Origin: an uncultured Rhodospirillaceae bacterium
Lineage (GTDB): Bacteria; Pseudomonadota; Alphaproteobacteria; UBA11136
NCBI GenBank assembly: GCA_964486105.1
Contig: CAZAKR010000012.1
Span: 4,195 to 68,194, forward strand
Length of the DNA stretch: 64,000 nucleotides
Reading direction: 5' to 3'
Shown here: positions 1 through 10,340 of the stretch, one piece after another
How positions within the stretch are numbered: position 1 is the first letter of the stretch
How the letters are laid out: each line of letters begins with the position of its first letter
The notes under the pieces: model-generated
Database searches by the model: none
Seen by the model: the letters and a program-made list of their open reading frames with translations, nothing else
What the model was told of the DNA's origin: nothing
Translations under genes and position numbers: made by a program

Positions 1-1
1 C

Positions 2-598
2 ATCGACCGTTTTCTCAAAGACGTCAAAGCTGTGTACAAGCGCCTCGGGCGCTGCGTCATCGCCGTTTCGGAAGGCATCCATGACGGCCGTGGCGAGGCC
101 ATCGCCGCCAAGCTCGCCGCCAAGGGAAGCAGCAGCATTGAGCGCGACGCCCACGGCAACGTCCAGTTGTCGGGCTCCGGGGCGCTGGGCGACATGCTGG
201 CGGCCGAGATCAAGGAAAAACTGGGCATAAAGCGGGTGCGCGCCGACACGCTCGGGTATCTCCAGCGTTCCTTTTTGGGTTGTGTGTCGGATGTCGATCA
301 GCGCGAGGCCCGCAAGGCCGGCGAAATGGGAGTGATGTTCGCCCACAAGCAAAACAAGAGCGGCTCGGTGACGATCCGTCGCGGCAAGACAAAAACAGGC
401 GGCTACAGGGCCGAATACAAACTGGCCAATTTGTCATCCATCGGCGGCAAGACCCGTGTCATGCCGAAAAATTTCATCGCCAAATCCGGCAATAACGTAA
501 CGGCGGCGTTCATCGACTATTTGCAGCCCCTGATCGGCAGCGGCATGGCCGAGCCTTTTGGTCTGAAAGCAAAGAGCGTTAAGAAGATATTGGGCTAA
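2..598 (+). CDS. pfkA: 6-phosphofructokinase, probably PPi-dependent (C-terminal part; 5' end outside window)
   Basis: Frame open from base 2. Motifs VIAVSEGI, DAHGNVQLSG, RADTLGYLQRS and FIDYLQPLIG are typical of proteobacterial PPi-PFK. Confidence 0.85.
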   Translation: MDRFLKDVKAVYKRLGRCVIAVSEGIHDGRGEAIAAKLAAKGSSSIERDAHGNVQLSGSGALGDMLAAEIKEKLGIKRVRADTLGYLQRSFLGCVSDVDQREARKAGEMGVMFAHKQNKSGSVTIRRGKTKTGGYRAEYKLANLSSIGGKTRVMPKNFIAKSGNNVTAAFIDYLQPLIGSGMAEPFGLKAKSVKKILG

Positions 599-605
599 GC
601 CCGTC

Positions 606-1040
606 TCACCGCCCATCTTCGCTTGACCAGGCGGGTTGGTCACCGCTTTCGAAACCGTCAGAGAATATCTCGGAATCAGGCTCAGACCCATCACCGGCCT
701 TGGGCTCGGATTCGGCCTTGGGCGCGGACCCGTCCATATTGGATGAACCGGCCCGGCCTTCTTTTTCGGCCTCTTTCACCTCTTCCAGTGTGGGACCGAG
801 ATCAAGATCAATCTCACCTTTTTTGTCCAGGCCTAAGCGGGTACGGGCCGGGGGCGTTGCCGGGGTGGGAGTCGGTGGCGCCGGGCTCTGGGTAACGGGT
901 GCTGGTGCTGCTGGTGGAGGCGGAGGCGCTGTGGTCGTCGCCCCGGTCTGGGCAAGAACGGGAACGGCCCAGGCCCAGGCCAACACCAGAGCAAAGGTCG
1001 GCACAATTGGCGGGTAAGAAAACCGGGTAAACATCTTCAC
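606..1040 (-). CDS. Secreted Pro/Thr-rich hypothetical protein with C-terminal IFxDGFESGD..W motif
   Basis: GGGGAGG RBS before GTG; signal-peptide-like N-terminus (..AVPVLA-QT); poly-Pro linker; ends EIFSDGFESGDQPAWSSEDGR. Confidence 0.65.
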   Translation of the reverse strand: MKMFTRFSYPPIVPTFALVLAWAWAVPVLAQTGATTTAPPPPPAAPAPVTQSPAPPTPTPATPPARTRLGLDKKGEIDLDLGPTLEEVKEAEKEGRAGSSNMDGSAPKAESEPKAGDGSEPDSEIFSDGFESGDQPAWSSEDGR

Positions 1041-1167
1041 ATCCTCCCCGTTATCGAAAATCGTAAGGGCAAGGAATCGGGGCCGTATAGCGGCGGCTGT
1101 GTTTATCTTCGTTTCAGTATAAACGGAACCCCGGTTTTAACCAAAGTTTGCCTGACAAGAAGGCCTT

Positions 1168-1608
1168 TTATTCGCGGGTCAATTCCGCACAGCCCGCCGT
1201 CGCCTCGGTAAAGGCCTCCACATAACAGGCGCCGATCCGGTCGGGCCCGAGGATCCGGCCGTGGTTAAAGCCCTTAGACGGGGTCGAGACCCAGGTAAAG
1301 GAAACATTATCGGGGTATATGATTCCGAAAAAATTCTTGGTGCCGTCGGCATAGGTAAAGACGCCCCTGAACCGGCGGTCCTTTTGCTCGGTGATGCGGA
1401 CGGTCTTATCCGCCCATTCCCGATAGCCCTTGGCCTCCGATACGGTAAGATTTTCGCCGCGCCATGTGCCGACCAGATTTGGAATCTCCGTCTCCGGCGA
1501 ATTGCCCCCGTCCCTATCCAGCAGCAGAAAACCAACCCCGACACCGATCGCCAGGGTCAGGAGCCAGAGCGCCGCATATCCGGTTTTGTTGATCGTTCTT
1601 CTGGGCAT
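1168..1608 (-). CDS. Membrane-anchored hypothetical protein, probably a small beta-barrel domain
   Basis: One N-terminal TM helix, then PNLVGTW and a C-terminal Cys pair; co-oriented downstream of hom. Confidence 0.6.
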   Translation of the reverse strand: MPRRTINKTGYAALWLLTLAIGVGVGFLLLDRDGGNSPETEIPNLVGTWRGENLTVSEAKGYREWADKTVRITEQKDRRFRGVFTYADGTKNFFGIIYPDNVSFTWVSTPSKGFNHGRILGPDRIGACYVEAFTEATAGCAELTRE

Positions 1609-1628
1609 TTCTTTTCGGCCTTATCCCT

Positions 1629-2942
1629 TCAGGCCCCCTGAATGCGGATCAGCATCGGCGGTTCGGTGACCGTATCGAGGGCGGCGATTTTCGCCAATGC
1701 CCGGGACATGGCCGCTTCATCGGTCTCATGGGTGGTGAGCACGATGGAAACCGGTCCCGAGGGACTATCGGCCCGGTCATGCTGGATCATCGAGGCCAGC
1801 GAGATACCCTCGCCGGCCAGCTCCGTGGCAATGGCGGCAAGCACGCCCGGCGCATCTTTGACCGTAAAGCGCAGATAATAGGCGCCGCTATGACGCTCCA
1901 TGGGCTGGGTCGGAATATCGGCGAGCTCACCCACCGGCACGCCGAAGGCGGGCAGGCGCAGACCCCGGGCAATGTCACAGATATCGGCAACGACGGCGGA
2001 GCCCGTCGGGTGGTCCCCTGCCCCGCGGCCTTCATAGGTTGAGCGGCCGACATAATCGCCCTCAACCTCGACCGCGTTGAACACATCCTCGACATGGGCC
2101 AGGGGCGCATCGATGGGTACCAGGCAGGGATGAACCCGCTGCTCAACCCCACCTCCGGTGCGGCTGGTAATGCCGAACAGCTTGATGCGATAACCGAGCT
2201 CCCCGGCCAGGGCGATGTCGCGGGCGGAAATACTGCGAATGCCTTCCATATGGACGGCATCGAAATCGATTTTGCAGCCAAAGGCGACGCTGGTCAGGAT
2301 GGCGAGCTTATGGGCGGCGTCCACCCCATCCACATCGAAGGAGGGATCGGCCTCGGCATAGCCGAGCTTTTGGGCCTCATCAAGCACGGTGTCGAATTCC
2401 TTGCCGGTTTGGCGCATATTGGTGAGGATATAATTGCAGGTGCCGTTCAAAATACCTGTAATACGGGTGAAATTGTTCCCCGCCAGCCCCTCGCGCAGGG
2501 CCTTGATGATCGGGATGCCCCCGGCAACAGCAGCCTCAAAAGCGATAACCGCGCCGGCGGCCTCGGCCTTTTGCGCCAAATCCAGCCCGTGATGGGCGAT
2601 CAGCGCTTTATTTGCCGTCACCACATGGCGTCCGGCATCAAGGGCCGCCTCGCAGACCGCCTTGGCGATACCGTCGGAGCCGCCGATCAACTCAACCACC
2701 ACATCCGTCTCGACCTCGGCGATCATTTTCAGGGCGTCGTCATAACAAGCGATGCCCGCCATATCGACTCCGCGATCCCGGCCACAATCGAGATCGGCGA
2801 CCGCCACCACCTGCAACGGACGGCCGCATCTCTGGGCGAGAAGCGGACCTTGCGCGTCTAGCAATTGCAGGGTCCCGGTACCGACGGTACCAAGACCGGC
2901 AAGGGCGATGCGGAGCGGCGATTTATCTTCCTTACGGCTCAT
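1629..2942 (-). CDS. hom: Homoserine dehydrogenase
   Basis: GLGTVG, VVTANKA, FEAAVAGGIP, GILNGTCNYIL, GYAEADP; C-terminal ACT domain. Confidence 0.97.
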   Translation of the reverse strand: MSRKEDKSPLRIALAGLGTVGTGTLQLLDAQGPLLAQRCGRPLQVVAVADLDCGRDRGVDMAGIACYDDALKMIAEVETDVVVELIGGSDGIAKAVCEAALDAGRHVVTANKALIAHHGLDLAQKAEAAGAVIAFEAAVAGGIPIIKALREGLAGNNFTRITGILNGTCNYILTNMRQTGKEFDTVLDEAQKLGYAEADPSFDVDGVDAAHKLAILTSVAFGCKIDFDAVHMEGIRSISARDIALAGELGYRIKLFGITSRTGGGVEQRVHPCLVPIDAPLAHVEDVFNAVEVEGDYVGRSTYEGRGAGDHPTGSAVVADICDIARGLRLPAFGVPVGELADIPTQPMERHSGAYYLRFTVKDAPGVLAAIATELAGEGISLASMIQHDRADSPSGPVSIVLTTHETDEAAMSRALAKIAALDTVTEPPMLIRIQGA

Positions 2943-4165
2943 TTCCGGGCTGCCTTTTTATGATCCTTAAGCTCAACCAGATTATCAGACTTTTTAAGGA
3001 ACGTCTTGATATTCCTTACAGCCTGACGGGTTCTATGGGTGTTTTCAACAAGAGCGAAACGCACATGGTCATCGCCATATTCACCAAATCCCAACCCCGG
3101 AGCAACCGCCACCCGGGCCTCGGCCAACAGGCGCTTGGAGAAGTCAACCGACCCCATATGGGCAAAGGCGGACGGGATCGGCGCCCAGGCGAACATGGTC
3201 GCTTCCGGTGACGGCACATCCCAGCCGGCGCTGGCCAGACCGTCGATCAGAACGTCGCGGCGCTCTTTATAGAGGGCGCGGATTTCATCGACACAATCCT
3301 GGGGACCGTTGAGGGCCGCCGTCGCCGCCACCTGGACCGGGGTAAAGGCGCCATAATCGACATAGGATTTGATCCGCGCCAGGGCCGCGATCAGCTTTGG
3401 ATTGCCGGCGGCAAAGCCGATCCGCCAGCCCGGCATGGAATAGGTTTTCGACACCGAAGTGAACTCAACCGCAATATCCTTGGCGCCCGGCACCTGGAGA
3501 ATCGAGGGCGGCGGCTCATCACCGTAATATATATCCGCATAGGCGTTATCGGAGATCACGTAAAGGTTCCGTGAACGGCAGAAATCAAGGATTTCAGCGT
3601 AAAAATCGAGGCCCACAACCTCCGCCGTCGGATTGGAGGGAAAATTGACCACCAAGGCGACAGGGGCCGGCGAGCTGTTCTTTACCGCCCGTTCGATCCC
3701 GGCCATAAAGTCGATCCCCGGCCCGATCGGCACCGAACGCACCACCGCGCCGGCAATGACAAAGCCAAAAGCATGAATGGGATAGCTCGGATTGGGCACC
3801 AGAAAGACGTCACCGGGCGAGGAAATGGCCTGGGCCAGATTGGCCAGCCCCTCTTTTGAGCCAAGGGTAACGATGGCCTCATTCTCGGGATCAATCGACA
3901 CGTTGAAACGGCGCTCATAATAGCCTGAGAGCGCCTTGCGCAGGCCGGGTATCCCCCGCGACATGGAATAACGGTGGGTGCGCGGATTATTGACCGCCTC
4001 TATCAGTTTTTCGACGATATGAGGCGGCGTCGGCTGGTCCGGATTGCCCATGCCGAAATCAATGATGTCCTCGCCCCTGGCCCTTGCCTGGGCCTTCATT
4101 TCGTTTACTTCGGCAAAGACGTAAGGGGGAAGACGCTGGATACGGTGAAACTCGTGTTCGACCAT
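2939..4165 (-). CDS. Class I PLP aminotransferase (AlaC / LL-DAP aminotransferase-like)
   Basis: LPPYVFAEVN, DFGMGNPD, SKTYSMPGWRIG, KSYVDYG; ATGA overlap with hom. Confidence 0.9.
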   Translation of the reverse strand: MVEHEFHRIQRLPPYVFAEVNEMKAQARARGEDIIDFGMGNPDQPTPPHIVEKLIEAVNNPRTHRYSMSRGIPGLRKALSGYYERRFNVSIDPENEAIVTLGSKEGLANLAQAISSPGDVFLVPNPSYPIHAFGFVIAGAVVRSVPIGPGIDFMAGIERAVKNSSPAPVALVVNFPSNPTAEVVGLDFYAEILDFCRSRNLYVISDNAYADIYYGDEPPPSILQVPGAKDIAVEFTSVSKTYSMPGWRIGFAAGNPKLIAALARIKSYVDYGAFTPVQVAATAALNGPQDCVDEIRALYKERRDVLIDGLASAGWDVPSPEATMFAWAPIPSAFAHMGSVDFSKRLLAEARVAVAPGLGFGEYGDDHVRFALVENTHRTRQAVRNIKTFLKKSDNLVELKDHKKAARK

Positions 4166-4281
4166 GGTTGTGGATGCCTAGAAAAAAACCAATGCTAAGG
4201 ACGCCAGCCCCGTCTCAGGGATAGAAAAGGGGTCGGGTGCGGGCTTTCCTACCGAAAACGGTGCAAAAAAACAACCACCGG

Positions 4282-5295
4282 CTAGAAATCCAGATAAACC
4301 TCGGTACGGCGATTACCCGCCTGCCCCGCCGGCATGACCTCGTAATAGACCGGTTCGGAATCGGATTTGGCGCCGACGAAAATATCCTTCGGCGCAACGC
4401 CGTATTTCATCAGGGAGGCGGCGACAATTTGGGCCCGGCGCATGGATACGTCGAAATTGATGATCTGGTGCTTTAAGGGGTCAACATTGCCCGTATAGCT
4501 GCTGGCAAAACCGATAACCCGGACTGTGCCGCCGCTTTTCTTGTAATCATCGGCGATTTTCTTCAACTCCCGGCGATCGCCACCGGACAAATTCGCCGAC
4601 CCGTTGGCAAACAGTATCTTGCCGACCAGAACCGAAACGACGGATCTGCTGGCATCGAACTTTTCCAGGGAATTGGGGCCTAAAGCCTCATCCTCGGCAA
4701 TTTCAACCGCCTCAAGCCCCTCGGCCTCGGCCAAAGCGGCTGCCTCGCCGGTAAGTTGAGCCTCAAGCATATCGCCAACCGGGTTGGGCGGCGGCGCGGC
4801 GGCAACCATTTCCACGGTCTCTGTAGTTTCGGTGATTTCAACATCCATGCGCGGCGCCGCGGCAGGGGTTCCGTCACTGGGGAGAACCGGCTGGGCGGGG
4901 ACGATTTCGGTGACCGTTTCCTCGGCCAGGACGAAGGTCTCGCCATCGGCCTCAACCAGCTCGTCCTCATAGCGGCGATTGACCGTATCGGCGCGCAATC
5001 CCTCGGAAATCTGCTCTCTTTGCTCGGCTGAGGGGGCCTCTGGAACATCGGCCAGATTGGGAAAGGCCTTTTCCTCGCCGGGAATCGGCTGAGCCTCGGA
5101 GACAGACGAGACCTGGCTCGGCTCATCGCCAAAAATAGCCCCGACAGTCGCCTGGTACCAGTTGATCGGATTGAGCGGCGCCGGCACATAGGAACAGCCC
5201 GAAAGCGCCACAAAGGCCACAACCACAACAGGCGGGCCGAGGCGGCGGCTGGAGCAATCAAAACGAGAGGAGAAATTAGAGCAAAAGGCGATCAT
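4282..5295 (-). CDS. OmpA-family peptidoglycan-binding lipoprotein
   Basis: Lipobox ALSGC, acidic linker, C-terminal OmpA-like domain (ILFANGS..L, S.RRA..VA, GNRRTEV). Confidence 0.85.
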   Translation of the reverse strand: MIAFCSNFSSRFDCSSRRLGPPVVVVAFVALSGCSYVPAPLNPINWYQATVGAIFGDEPSQVSSVSEAQPIPGEEKAFPNLADVPEAPSAEQREQISEGLRADTVNRRYEDELVEADGETFVLAEETVTEIVPAQPVLPSDGTPAAAPRMDVEITETTETVEMVAAAPPPNPVGDMLEAQLTGEAAALAEAEGLEAVEIAEDEALGPNSLEKFDASRSVVSVLVGKILFANGSANLSGGDRRELKKIADDYKKSGGTVRVIGFASSYTGNVDPLKHQIINFDVSMRRAQIVAASLMKYGVAPKDIFVGAKSDSEPVYYEVMPAGQAGNRRTEVYLDF

Positions 5296-5554
5296 CGGTT
5301 ACATTCTCCGAAAATGGGATTAACCATCAAAATAACATCGAAATTCGAGTATATTGGGTTTGGACTAAAAATTTTAGCCTTATTTAGTGAATCTAGTGAC
5401 TTGATTTTTAGTCCCGATCCATAGTCTATTGTGCGCCGCAACATCAAAGCCCGATGAGCGCAGTAATCCAAGCCCGATGGGCGTAACTTCCAAGATGTCC
5501 CCACACGCTGTGGCTTCTATAATAAACGTCAAAAACCAACAATTGGAATACCAC

Positions 5555-7423
5555 ATGCCTGAGAAAATGGGAAAAGACGAACCGCTTAATCCGACTGAGG
5601 GCCTGCCTATTCCCGATCCGCTTCAGATCACCGAAACGGTCGGCAAAATCGCTGAAAAAAGTCAGCAGATCATTCAGACATTTCTCGATCATCAGTCAAC
5701 CAACGGTAAATCATCCGATCCCATGAATATCGGCGCGGCGTTTCTCGAGATGACCTCGAAGATGATGTCCGATCCGGAAAAAATCATCCAGGCCCAGGCC
5801 TCCCTGTGGCAGGATTACATGCAGCTATGGAGCAACGCCGCCCGCAGCTTTTCCGGCGAACAGGTTGAGCCGATGGCAACACCTGAAAAAGGCGACCGCC
5901 GCTTCAAGCATGAAGAGTGGGAAGAAAACGGCGTCTTTGATTATTTCAAGCAATCCTATCTGCTGACCTCGCGCTGGTTCGTCGATACGGTTCGCGATGT
6001 CGATGGGCTGGACGACAAAACAGCCAAAAAAGTCGATTTTTATTCCCGCCAGTTCATGGACGCCCTTTCGCCAAGCAACTTCGTCCTTACCAATCCGGAA
6101 GTCCTGCGCGCGACCCTGGAGAGCAACGGCGAGAATCTCGTCAAGGGCCTCGACAACATGATCGACGATCTTGAAAAGGGTAAAGGCAAGCTCAAGATCA
6201 GCATGACCGATCACAAGGCCTTCAAGGTCGGTGAAAATCTGGCGCTTACCCCCGGCAAGGTGGTTTACCAGAACGAATTGATGCAGCTGATCCAGTATGA
6301 GCCGACGACAAAACAGGTTCACCGCCGGCCCCTGCTCATCATGCCACCCTGGATCAACAAATATTACATCCTCGATCTGTCGCCGAAAAATTCGTTCATT
6401 CAATGGGCGGTCGGTGAAGGTCTGACGGTTTTCATTATTTCCTGGGTCAACCCGGACGAAAGATTGAGTCACAAAAGTTTCGACGACTATATGCTCGAAG
6501 GCCCCTTAGCGGCGCTCGACGCCATCGAAAAGGCGACCGGCGAACGCGAAGTCAATATGATCGGCTATTGCATCGGCGGCACCCTCCTCGCCTGCATGCT
6601 TTCATATATGAAGGCGAAGGGAGACGAGAGGGTCACTTCGGCCACCTATTTCACCACCCTGCTCGATTTTACGGATGCTGGTGAACTTTCGGTCTTCATC
6701 GACGAGGAACAGCTCGCCGCGCTTGAACACGAGATGAAGGAAAAGGGTTACCTCGAAGGCCATTCCATGGCCACCACCTTCAACATGCTGCGCGCCAACG
6801 ATCTGATCTGGTCGTTTGTCGTCAATAACTATCTTCTCGGCAAAGACCCCTTCCCCTTCGATCTGTTGTTCTGGAATTCCGATTCCACCCGGATGCCCGC
6901 CGACATGCACAGCTTTTATTTGCGCGCCATGTATCACGACAATCTGATGGTAAAGCCGGGCGGCATTACCCTGGCCGGGGTGCCTATCGATATCTCAAAA
7001 ATCGACGTGCCGAGTTTCCTTCTCTCCACCCGCGAGGATCATATCGCCCCCTGGCACTCCACCTATGCGGCGGTGAACCTGTTCAAGGGTCCGGTGAATT
7101 TCGTTCTCTCGGCTTCGGGGCATATCGCCGGGGTCATCAATCCACCCCAGGCGGGCAAATATAATTACTGGACCAACAGCCAGTCGCCGGAAGATCCCGA
7201 CGAATGGTTTGAGTTGGCAGACGCCCATGAGGGCTCGTGGTGGCCGGAATGGTCGAGATGGGTTGCCGAATTTGGCGGCGGCAAGGTTAAGGCGCGCAAA
7301 CCCGGCGACGGGAAATTGAAAGTGATCGAGGACGCGCCGGGTCATTATATCCTGCCACCCGAAGAGCAGAAAAAAACCGCCAAGGGCAAAAAAACCAAAG
7401 CGGCGAAAAAGAAAAAGAGTTAG
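5555..7423 (+). CDS. phaC: Class I poly(3-hydroxyalkanoate) synthase
   Basis: DRRF, PPWINKYYILDL, lipase-box GYCIGG, DHIAPW, SGHIAG, GSWWPEW. Start placed at MPEKM; Lys-rich C-terminal tail. Confidence 0.97.
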   Translation: MPEKMGKDEPLNPTEGLPIPDPLQITETVGKIAEKSQQIIQTFLDHQSTNGKSSDPMNIGAAFLEMTSKMMSDPEKIIQAQASLWQDYMQLWSNAARSFSGEQVEPMATPEKGDRRFKHEEWEENGVFDYFKQSYLLTSRWFVDTVRDVDGLDDKTAKKVDFYSRQFMDALSPSNFVLTNPEVLRATLESNGENLVKGLDNMIDDLEKGKGKLKISMTDHKAFKVGENLALTPGKVVYQNELMQLIQYEPTTKQVHRRPLLIMPPWINKYYILDLSPKNSFIQWAVGEGLTVFIISWVNPDERLSHKSFDDYMLEGPLAALDAIEKATGEREVNMIGYCIGGTLLACMLSYMKAKGDERVTSATYFTTLLDFTDAGELSVFIDEEQLAALEHEMKEKGYLEGHSMATTFNMLRANDLIWSFVVNNYLLGKDPFPFDLLFWNSDSTRMPADMHSFYLRAMYHDNLMVKPGGITLAGVPIDISKIDVPSFLLSTREDHIAPWHSTYAAVNLFKGPVNFVLSASGHIAGVINPPQAGKYNYWTNSQSPEDPDEWFELADAHEGSWWPEWSRWVAEFGGGKVKARKPGDGKLKVIEDAPGHYILPPEEQKKTAKGKKTKAAKKKKS

Positions 7424-7429
7424 CCCGGC

Positions 7430-7954
7430 CTAAGGCGCGGAAGCCGCATGTTCACGGGCCAGCTTTCGATAGCCCTTGGCGGCCTGACGGATAAATTCGC
7501 TTTCCTCCGCCGTCAACTCCCGCATCATCCTGGCCGGACTGCCGGCCCACAATTCACCGCTTTTTACCCGTTTGCCATTGGCGACCAGGGCGCCGGCAGC
7601 GACCATGGCCCCGGTCTCAACCACTGCCCCGTCGAGAACCGTCGAGTTCATACCGATCAGACAGTAATCCTCGACCGTACAGGCATGCACCACCGCGTTA
7701 TGGCCGATGGTGATGTTCGAACCGATAATCGCCGGAGAACCGTCCGAGGTGCCGTGGATAACCGCTCCGTCCTGGAGATTGGTGTTCTCGCCGATACGGA
7801 TGTAATTGACGTCGCCGCGCACCACGGCGTTGTACCAGATGCTCGAGCCCTGACCGATCTCGACATCGCCAATTACCGCGGCACCCGGTGCTATGAAAAC
7901 ATCCGCCGCCAGGACCGGACTGACTTTGCCATAGGGAAGAATGAGACCCGCCAT
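7430..7954 (-). CDS. Gamma carbonic anhydrase family (YrdA-like hexapeptide repeat) protein
   Basis: IGDVEIG, RGDVNYIRIG..TNLQDG..IH, GHNAVVHACT. Confidence 0.92.
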   Translation of the reverse strand: MAGLILPYGKVSPVLAADVFIAPGAAVIGDVEIGQGSSIWYNAVVRGDVNYIRIGENTNLQDGAVIHGTSDGSPAIIGSNITIGHNAVVHACTVEDYCLIGMNSTVLDGAVVETGAMVAAGALVANGKRVKSGELWAGSPARMMRELTAEESEFIRQAAKGYRKLAREHAASAP

Positions 7955-7965
7955 ACAATCGCCTC

Positions 7966-9018
7966 TTAAGGACACAAGGGCTGGGTGCCCAGGCCCATGG
8001 TCTCTTCAAGGCGGAACATCAAATTCATATTCTGTAACGCCTGACCCGACGCACCCTTGACCAGATTATCGATCACCGAAAGCACAATGGCGCGGCCCTT
8101 TACCCGGTCCTCAAAAATTGCGATATGGCAAAAATTGGAGCCCCGGACATGGCGGGTCGAAGGCGTTTGACCCGGCGGCAAAATCCGCACAAAAGCTTCA
8201 TCGGCGTAACATTCAGCCAGGGCCGAACGTAAATCGTCGATCCCCGCCCCACCTGCGAAGCGGACATAGGCGGTGGAAAATATTCCCCGGTTCATGGGAA
8301 CCAGATGAGGTGTAAAGGTCACGGTAACCGGATGACCGGCAACATTGGAAAGCCCCTGTTCGATCTCCGGCGCGTGACGATGGGCGGCAATTCCGTAAGC
8401 CTGAAAGCCGTCACTGACCTCGGCAAAAAGACTCGACTCCCTGGCCGCCCTCCCGGCGCCCGTAACCCCGGACTTGGCGTCAATGATAATCTCGTCGGAT
8501 GAGATTACCCCGGAATCGACAAGCGGGATTAGCGGCAGCAGAGCCGCCGTGGGATAGCAACCGGGATTAGCCACCAGGCGCGCATCCTTGATCGAAGAGC
8601 GCGCCAGTTCGGTCAGTCCGTAAACCGCCTTGCTTTGAAGTTTTGGCGCCCGGTGGGGATGTCCGTACCAGGTTTCATACAAGCCGGTATCGGCCAGCCT
8701 GAAATCGGCCGAGAGATCAACCACTCTCGGGCCATCGGGCAAAGCGGCGATAACTTCCTGGGTCGTACCGTGGGGCAGACAGCAAAAAACAATATCGGCC
8801 TTTGCCAGATCGGCATCCTCGGCCTTTACCATCACCGGCAGATCAAGATGGGCAAGGTGGGGATAAAGTTCGTCAAACCGCCGCCCGGCATTACGGTCGG
8901 CGGTTAAGGCCGCGATCTTTACCTGATCATGCTGGGACAGCAGGCGCACGAGCTCGGCCCCGGTGTAACCGCTGGCGCCGAGAATGACCGCCTGAATCTT
9001 CTGTGTAACCGATGACAT
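7966..9018 (-). CDS. argC: N-acetyl-gamma-glutamyl-phosphate reductase
   Basis: GASGYTG, DLSADFRL, ANPGCYPT, DNLVKGASGQA. Confidence 0.97.
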   Translation of the reverse strand: MSSVTQKIQAVILGASGYTGAELVRLLSQHDQVKIAALTADRNAGRRFDELYPHLAHLDLPVMVKAEDADLAKADIVFCCLPHGTTQEVIAALPDGPRVVDLSADFRLADTGLYETWYGHPHRAPKLQSKAVYGLTELARSSIKDARLVANPGCYPTAALLPLIPLVDSGVISSDEIIIDAKSGVTGAGRAARESSLFAEVSDGFQAYGIAAHRHAPEIEQGLSNVAGHPVTVTFTPHLVPMNRGIFSTAYVRFAGGAGIDDLRSALAECYADEAFVRILPPGQTPSTRHVRGSNFCHIAIFEDRVKGRAIVLSVIDNLVKGASGQALQNMNLMFRLEETMGLGTQPLCP

Positions 9019-9087
9019 AAAATCTACACCTTCTCCAAACAAAGAGAATAAAGCCGAAGTTGAGAGATGGAAAGCCGCCGATGAACG

Positions 9088-9117
9088 AAAAAGGGGCGTC
9101 CCACCCGGAACGCCCCT
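9088..9117 (-). terminator. Rho-independent terminator after rplM-rpsI
   Basis: AGGGGCGT..ACGCCCCT stem followed by a T-run on the minus strand. Confidence 0.75.
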
Positions 9118-9144
9118 AAGTTCATTGGAACTGGAAACGTACCT

Positions 9145-9687
9145 TTAGCGTTTCGAGAACTGATGGCTCCGGCGCGCTTTATGGCGTCCATATTTCTTAC
9201 GCTCGACAACACGGGAGTCACGGGTAAGAAAACCACCTTTTTTCAGAACCGGTCGCAATGCAGGTTCGAATTTTATCAGTGCTCTGGAAATAGCATGACG
9301 CACGGCGCCTGCCTGACCGGAAAGACCGCCGCCTGAAACCGTGCAGACGAGGTCAAACTGGTCGATGCGGGCCGCCGCCTCGAAGGGCTGGCGAATAATC
9401 ATGCGCAGCACCGGACGGGCGAAATAGGTTTCGATATCGCGGCCATTGACCGTGACCTTGCCGGCGCCGGGCTTGATCCAGACGCGGGCAACCGCATCCT
9501 TGCGCTTACCGGTGGCGTAGGAGCGGCCTTGCTCGTCGATCTGCGGCTCGGGCAGTTCTTCAGGCTCCGATACGAGATCGGGGGCCGCCTGCGCCAGATC
9601 GGGCGCAATATCGGCCAGGGTCGCTCCGCCTTCGGAAACAGTGGTCTCTGCGGCTTCCGGGGCCGTTTCCTGAATATCGTCAGCCAT
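9145..9687 (-). CDS. rpsI: 30S ribosomal protein S9
   Basis: [28 protein letters not shown]...QFSKR; acidic N-terminal extension. Confidence 0.98.
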   Translation of the reverse strand: MADDIQETAPEAAETTVSEGGATLADIAPDLAQAAPDLVSEPEELPEPQIDEQGRSYATGKRKDAVARVWIKPGAGKVTVNGRDIETYFARPVLRMIIRQPFEAAARIDQFDLVCTVSGGGLSGQAGAVRHAISRALIKFEPALRPVLKKGGFLTRDSRVVERKKYGRHKARRSHQFSKR

Positions 9688-9689
9688 GA

Positions 9690-10154
9690 TCAGGCGCTCC
9701 TCTTGTTCTTGTCATTCATTGCTCCAACGTCGAGCGTCTCTGGCTTTTGAGCCTCATGGGGATGATCGGTCCCGGCATAGATGCGGAGATTGCGCATCTG
9801 GGCGCGCCCCAACGGGCTGCGCGGAACCATGCGCTCAACCGCCTTCGACAACACCCGTTCGGGATGGGCGCCATCGAGAATGGCGCCGGCGGTAGCGGAT
9901 TTGATGCCGCCGGGATGCCCGGTGTGACGGTAATAAACTTTATCGCTAAGTTTGCGCCCGGTCAGTTTCACCTTTTCGGCGTTGATGACGACGATATTAT
10001 CGCCGCAATCCATATGCGGGGTGAACGTCGTTTTGTGCTTGCCGCGCAGCATCTTGGCAATAATCGTTGCAAGGCGGCCCAAGACCAGCCCTTCTGCATC
10101 GATGAGATACCACTTTTTGTCGATCTCGGAAGGTTTCGCGCTATAGGTTTTCAT
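9690..10154 (-). CDS. rplM: 50S ribosomal protein L13
   Basis: [32 protein letters not shown]. Confidence 0.98.
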   Translation of the reverse strand: MKTYSAKPSEIDKKWYLIDAEGLVLGRLATIIAKMLRGKHKTTFTPHMDCGDNIVVINAEKVKLTGRKLSDKVYYRHTGHPGGIKSATAGAILDGAHPERVLSKAVERMVPRSPLGRAQMRNLRIYAGTDHPHEAQKPETLDVGAMNDKNKRSA

Positions 10155-10340
10155 CACTCGTCCATCTATCTTTTCTATCTTTCGGGTCGAATTCGGGCTG
10201 TTGGCCCAAAAAAACGCCCCAACTTCGTGAAGGCGCGGAGTATGCCATGGTTTTTTCCAGTGTCAACTCGAAATATCCATAAAATCGAATACGTTAGCTA
10301 TGCGGTATTATAGTAGTGTAAAGCCGGGCAATGAGCCTTT

